64,000 nt of DNA, from the NCBI GenBank assembly GCA_019057385.1, contig JAHQJS010000008.1, positions 32,001 through 96,000 on the forward strand, written 5' to 3'. This document shows positions 60,617 through 64,000 of the stretch, piece by piece (positions within the stretch are counted from its first letter, which is position 1; the number at the start of each line of letters is the position of its first letter). The notes beneath the pieces were generated by a model. That model had not been told where the DNA came from. It saw only the letters and a program-made list of their open reading frames with translations, and searched no databases. The position numbers and the translations under genes are program-made. Source of the stretch: Candidatus Borrarchaeum weybense. Its GTDB lineage: Archaea > Asgardarchaeota > Sifarchaeia > Borrarchaeales > Borrarchaeaceae.

Positions 60617-62124
60617 GGGCTTTTTCCCTCATATTTCTTCGCAATTTCTTCTAATGACATTGAAATCTGCGGAGAAGGTGAATATCGATTTCTTATTTTG
60701 ACAAAGATTGGATGTGACACCGCATTTCCCACAATGAGTGCCTCACCTACGTTAAGGGTTGTTATTGTATCTAATGAGGCTTTGTCAACCATTTCTGAAC
60801 TCTGACCAATGAGCTTAAGGTCGTATGGGTTCGTTATTCGCAGATAAATTTGGCTGTTTAACTGGCTAAGCACAGTAGTACTTAAGCGCACAGGTCGCTG
60901 TGAGATTAGCACTAATGAAGCATAGAACTTCCGACCCTCTCTAGCAATCGTTTCAATAATGCCCTTTGATATGGCAGGTCCTTCTGGACAGAATTGATGA
61001 GCTTCCTCTAGAATAAAAACGAAGGGTGGGATTTCTCCTCGCTTTCTCAAATTAAATAAACTATTAATTAAGTAATTGACTATTATCTGCTTTTTTCGTA
61101 GACTTATGATTTCACGAAGATCGAAGATTGTGGCTTCACCAACTCGAATTCTTTCTTTTAGCGAAGGATGTTCCTCAAATCCGAACAACTGCGTACTTTC
61201 TAAGTCGTAAAACCATCCCATCATTGCCTCTTTTGTTCTTGGATTCATTTCACTTTGTTCAATCATTCCAATAAGCTCATTTAAATCGTAGGGTTTTCCA
61301 GTTTTACCACTCATTCCTCTCAATTTTTTGATAATCTTGTTTAACTCCCTTATTTGCACGTAGCTCATTTGTGATTGAAAACTTGCAAAATTATAACTGG
61401 TAAGTTTAGGGACACCAAGTTGAATGTAGGGGCCATTTATCACCGTAGTTTTCTCAGAAAAATCAGATTTTGTTGAGTCAGAGGCTGTCGCGAGACTCGT
61501 ATATTCTCCATGTACATCAAGAATTACGACTGCCACTCTACCTTGTTCTGGTTTTCTCATTAACAATTCTTCAATCAATACGCTGGTTAGATAACTTTTA
61601 CCCGCACCTGAAATTGCAAGGATTGCCACATGTTTTTGAAATAACCTCGTGAGATTGAGTGTTACTGGAACATCATGATGGAGTAATTTCCCAAGATTGA
61701 CGCCCGAGGGATCTAATCCTAATACCTGTAGTAGCATCTCCGGAGTTGCTAAAAAAACGCGGTCGCCAGGACCGGGCGGGAAAGTGACGCGTTCAAGCCG
61801 TCCCGATGGGGAGATTCTGCCCATAGGTTTCGCTTCAGCAAGTATGTATTCCCAACGATCTGCTGGAAAGATAGTTGTAAGAGGTCCACTTCTTTCATAT
61901 TCTTTTACGGCTTCTGCGCTCTCAAAGTACCGATTTGTCTTCATAATATTTGTTACTGTCGCAATGAGCATTCCATCAACATCAGCGCTTTCAACAGCTA
62001 TAAACTGACCCTTTCTCAACGGTATCGAATTTTCGATTTCCGTGATGACCAGTTTGAATTCACTAGGAGTTGGTGAATCCCTCGCTGCAATAACAGTACC
62101 TATCAGCTTTTTCATGTTTTTCAC
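60613..62124 (-). CDS. herA: HerA helicase/ATPase
   Basis: HAS barrel, Walker A AISGAGKS, LEEAH, IAREGRKF, ISQRP. Confidence 0.9.
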   Translation of the reverse strand: MKNMKKLIGTVIAARDSPTPSEFKLVITEIENSIPLRKGQFIAVESADVDGMLIATVTNIMKTNRYFESAEAVKEYERSGPLTTIFPADRWEYILAEAKPMGRISPSGRLERVTFPPGPGDRVFLATPEMLLQVLGLDPSGVNLGKLLHHDVPVTLNLTRLFQKHVAILAISGAGKSYLTSVLIEELLMRKPEQGRVAVVILDVHGEYTSLATASDSTKSDFSEKTTVINGPYIQLGVPKLTSYNFASFQSQMSYVQIRELNKIIKKLRGMSGKTGKPYDLNELIGMIEQSEMNPRTKEAMMGWFYDLESTQLFGFEEHPSLKERIRVGEATIFDLREIISLRKKQIIVNYLINSLFNLRKRGEIPPFVFILEEAHQFCPEGPAISKGIIETIAREGRKFYASLVLISQRPVRLSTTVLSQLNSQIYLRITNPYDLKLIGQSSEMVDKASLDTITTLNVGEALIVGNAVSHPIFVKIRNRYSPSPQISMSLEEIAKKYEGKSP

Positions 62125-62129
62125 TTTTT

Positions 62130-63281
62130 TTACCTAAACGGTCTTCGATCGCGTCTTAATTTTAATAAAGATGATGAATGCCCGATCTTATCAAGTAATT
62201 GACTATATACCAAATCTAAATCATAATCATGTATCTTAGCTCTCGCGTCGGCCTCGATCAGAACAGATGGTATTCCGTATGCCGCGTGATGGCTTGAAAG
62301 TGGATAGACGACCGAAGATACTCTGTCTGCAGTTTTAGGGGTCTCAACGTGTTCTGGATTAAGAAACTCAATGCGAGTTGGTTGATCAAAATCAACAGAT
62401 TTTAGGTAGAAAGCAAAGAGTTTATCACGCCATTGTGCAGAAATACGTGATGGCGATTTCTTAGCATCTGAGGTTAGTAGTCTATAAACCGCAGATCTTT
62501 CACCAGATTTTAAAACGCGATATAATAAATCTGTATCCTTTATTTGTTTAATTATGCCTCTATAATCAACTTGTAGTAGTTCAAATAGTTCGGGATACTT
62601 TTTTATTAGAGAAGGTAGAATTTCACCTAAGATTTGAGTAAACCGTGTTGATCTACTGTCCTCAACACAACCCACTAATAAAGTCCCATTTTCACGCGCT
62701 TTTTCGTAGAGTTTTTCATAAAATCTCGTCAAGAGTTCTCCTCTTGCAGCAATGGTGGATGTAGCGAATATATCGTATTGTTGGGGATAGATTGATCCAT
62801 CCATGCATAGGATGTCGATTTTAGCATAGTCCAAAACATCTATGGCTACTCTTACTTCTCCAATTGCTCGTTCGAGGGCGCTTGACGTGTCAATCTCTGT
62901 TCTCGATACGGGCATATAGTTCACGAGCACGTTCAGCGGCGGAACGTCCGATGGGTAATATCTAACAACTGGTTTATCTTGAGAAAAATCGAAGATAGTA
63001 GCCGCTGCTTTGGTGAGGATAATGTCAATTGCATGATATAGACGAGAAACTACGCCACCATCTATTCCCGCAATTCTGAGACCAGTTAAACTTGTAGATT
63101 CTACCTTTTTTACTAATTTTCTCTCAATAATCCCATCTTCTTTGAGTTTTGGAAAAGCATCCAAGTCAATCTGTTCTAGCCCTCCCCTAAGGAGCATGCT
63201 AAACATTTCTTTATCTCTTTCAAGTTGCTTTAACTTTCTTACAATTTCGCCGAGTTCATTATGAAGCGATTTGATATACAT
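62130..63281 (-). CDS. nurA: NurA DNA double-strand break repair nuclease
   Basis: IAGIDGG, MDGS, YGIPSVLIEAD; adjacent to herA. Confidence 0.9.
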   Translation of the reverse strand: MYIKSLHNELGEIVRKLKQLERDKEMFSMLLRGGLEQIDLDAFPKLKEDGIIERKLVKKVESTSLTGLRIAGIDGGVVSRLYHAIDIILTKAAATIFDFSQDKPVVRYYPSDVPPLNVLVNYMPVSRTEIDTSSALERAIGEVRVAIDVLDYAKIDILCMDGSIYPQQYDIFATSTIAARGELLTRFYEKLYEKARENGTLLVGCVEDSRSTRFTQILGEILPSLIKKYPELFELLQVDYRGIIKQIKDTDLLYRVLKSGERSAVYRLLTSDAKKSPSRISAQWRDKLFAFYLKSVDFDQPTRIEFLNPEHVETPKTADRVSSVVYPLSSHHAAYGIPSVLIEADARAKIHDYDLDLVYSQLLDKIGHSSSLLKLRRDRRPFR

Positions 63282-63380
63282 CTTCTTTAGCCCTTTATGG
63301 AATCTTGTATTCTTTGCCCTTTCTTCATCTTACATCCTAAGAGGCCAAAATTGGAATGAAAATTGTTTTTTCGATGATAT

Positions 63381-64000
63381 TTATTCGTTAGCATTCGTTC
63401 TTAATGTAGATCTCTCAAGTGCATGTTTTATGAAGGCAAAATACAAAGGATTTGGTCTGTTTGGTCGAGAGGTGTACTCAGGATGAAACTGTACTCCCAC
63501 GCAAAACGGATGATCGGCAATCTCTACAGCATTAACAATTTTCCCCGTGTCATCATATGCACTGGTAATGAAGCCTTTCTCTTTCATCTGGCCCATATAT
63601 TCCTCAATTATGTGATATCTATGACGAAAACGTTCATGAATAACTGATTGATGATATGCATCCCAAAGTTTTGTTCCTTCTTGAATAATGATCTTGTGTG
63701 CACCAAGTCGCATGGTTCCGCCCTTTTCTTGGATAATTTTTTGCTCAGGAAGGAAATCTATAACAGGTAATTGCGTTTCGGCATCAACTTCAGTTGTATG
63801 TGCCTCTTTCCACCCCATTACATTTCGAGCGAACGCAACAGTTAGAAGTTGTGCACCAAAGCAGATACCAAGATAAGGTATGTTTTTTTGAATAGCATAG
63901 CTTGCAGTTTGAATCATACCTTCAACTCCTCTCGATCCAAATCCTGGTGTAAGTAAGCAGCCATCACATGAGTCTAAAACGCGAATTTTATCAGGATTTT
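63381..64000 (-). CDS. pyrG: CTP synthase, C-terminal glutaminase domain (5' part outside window)
   Basis: PGFGSRG, GICFGAQ, GGTMRLG, ERFRHRY, QFHPE; frame open to the window edge. Confidence 0.93.
   Translation of the reverse strand, partial: NPDKIRVLDSCDGCLLTPGFGSRGVEGMIQTASYAIQKNIPYLGICFGAQLLTVAFARNVMGWKEAHTTEVDAETQLPVIDFLPEQKIIQEKGGTMRLGAHKIIIQEGTKLWDAYHQSVIHERFRHRYHIIEEYMGQMKEKGFITSAYDDTGKIVNAVEIADHPFCVGVQFHPEYTSRPNRPNPLYFAFIKHALERSTLRTNANE

Noticed and set aside
1430-63876. Numerous short antisense ORFs in the track nested in housekeeping genes
   Set aside because: Ser/Ile/Phe-rich mirror translations of well-supported genes on the opposite strand.

Overview
AT-rich archaeal chromosomal window, probably Asgard archaea. 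This is an inference from a Top3 resembling the eukaryotic enzyme, a PCI-like winged-helix protein, an SDS22-like multi-module LRR protein, and otherwise archaeal housekeeping genes. Core genes: cca, thpR, cdc6/orc1, a KaiC-like pair, GGGP synthase, a geranylgeranyl reductase, AMP phosphorylase, DNA ligase, map, a lysM-lysW-lysW-lysXYZJK cluster, agmatinase, fno, a truncated L22-L6 ribosomal protein operon, a displaced rps19, glmM/pmm, srp54, pus10, topoisomerase IA, an Sm/Lsm protein, rio2, nurA-herA and a partial pyrG. The ORF track missed both lysW genes and S14. The most unusual content is related to IS200/IS605. There are three different TnpB-type genes: one canonical inside a fully delimitable TnpB-only element, one lacking the RuvC-II Glu, and one lacking the Zn finger and RuvC-III Asp. 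There is also a 204-bp protein-free mini-element (12829-13032) that looks like a stand-alone omega-RNA (guide RNA) gene with its own TATA box and a downstream T-tract. Other oddities: rps3 has no canonical start codon, a perfect 3x33-bp repeat lies in the r-protein operon leader, and there is a candidate structured RNA at ~43.4 kb. All calls come from manual reading and remembered family motifs; no database searches were run. No tRNA, rRNA or CRISPR array was recognised.
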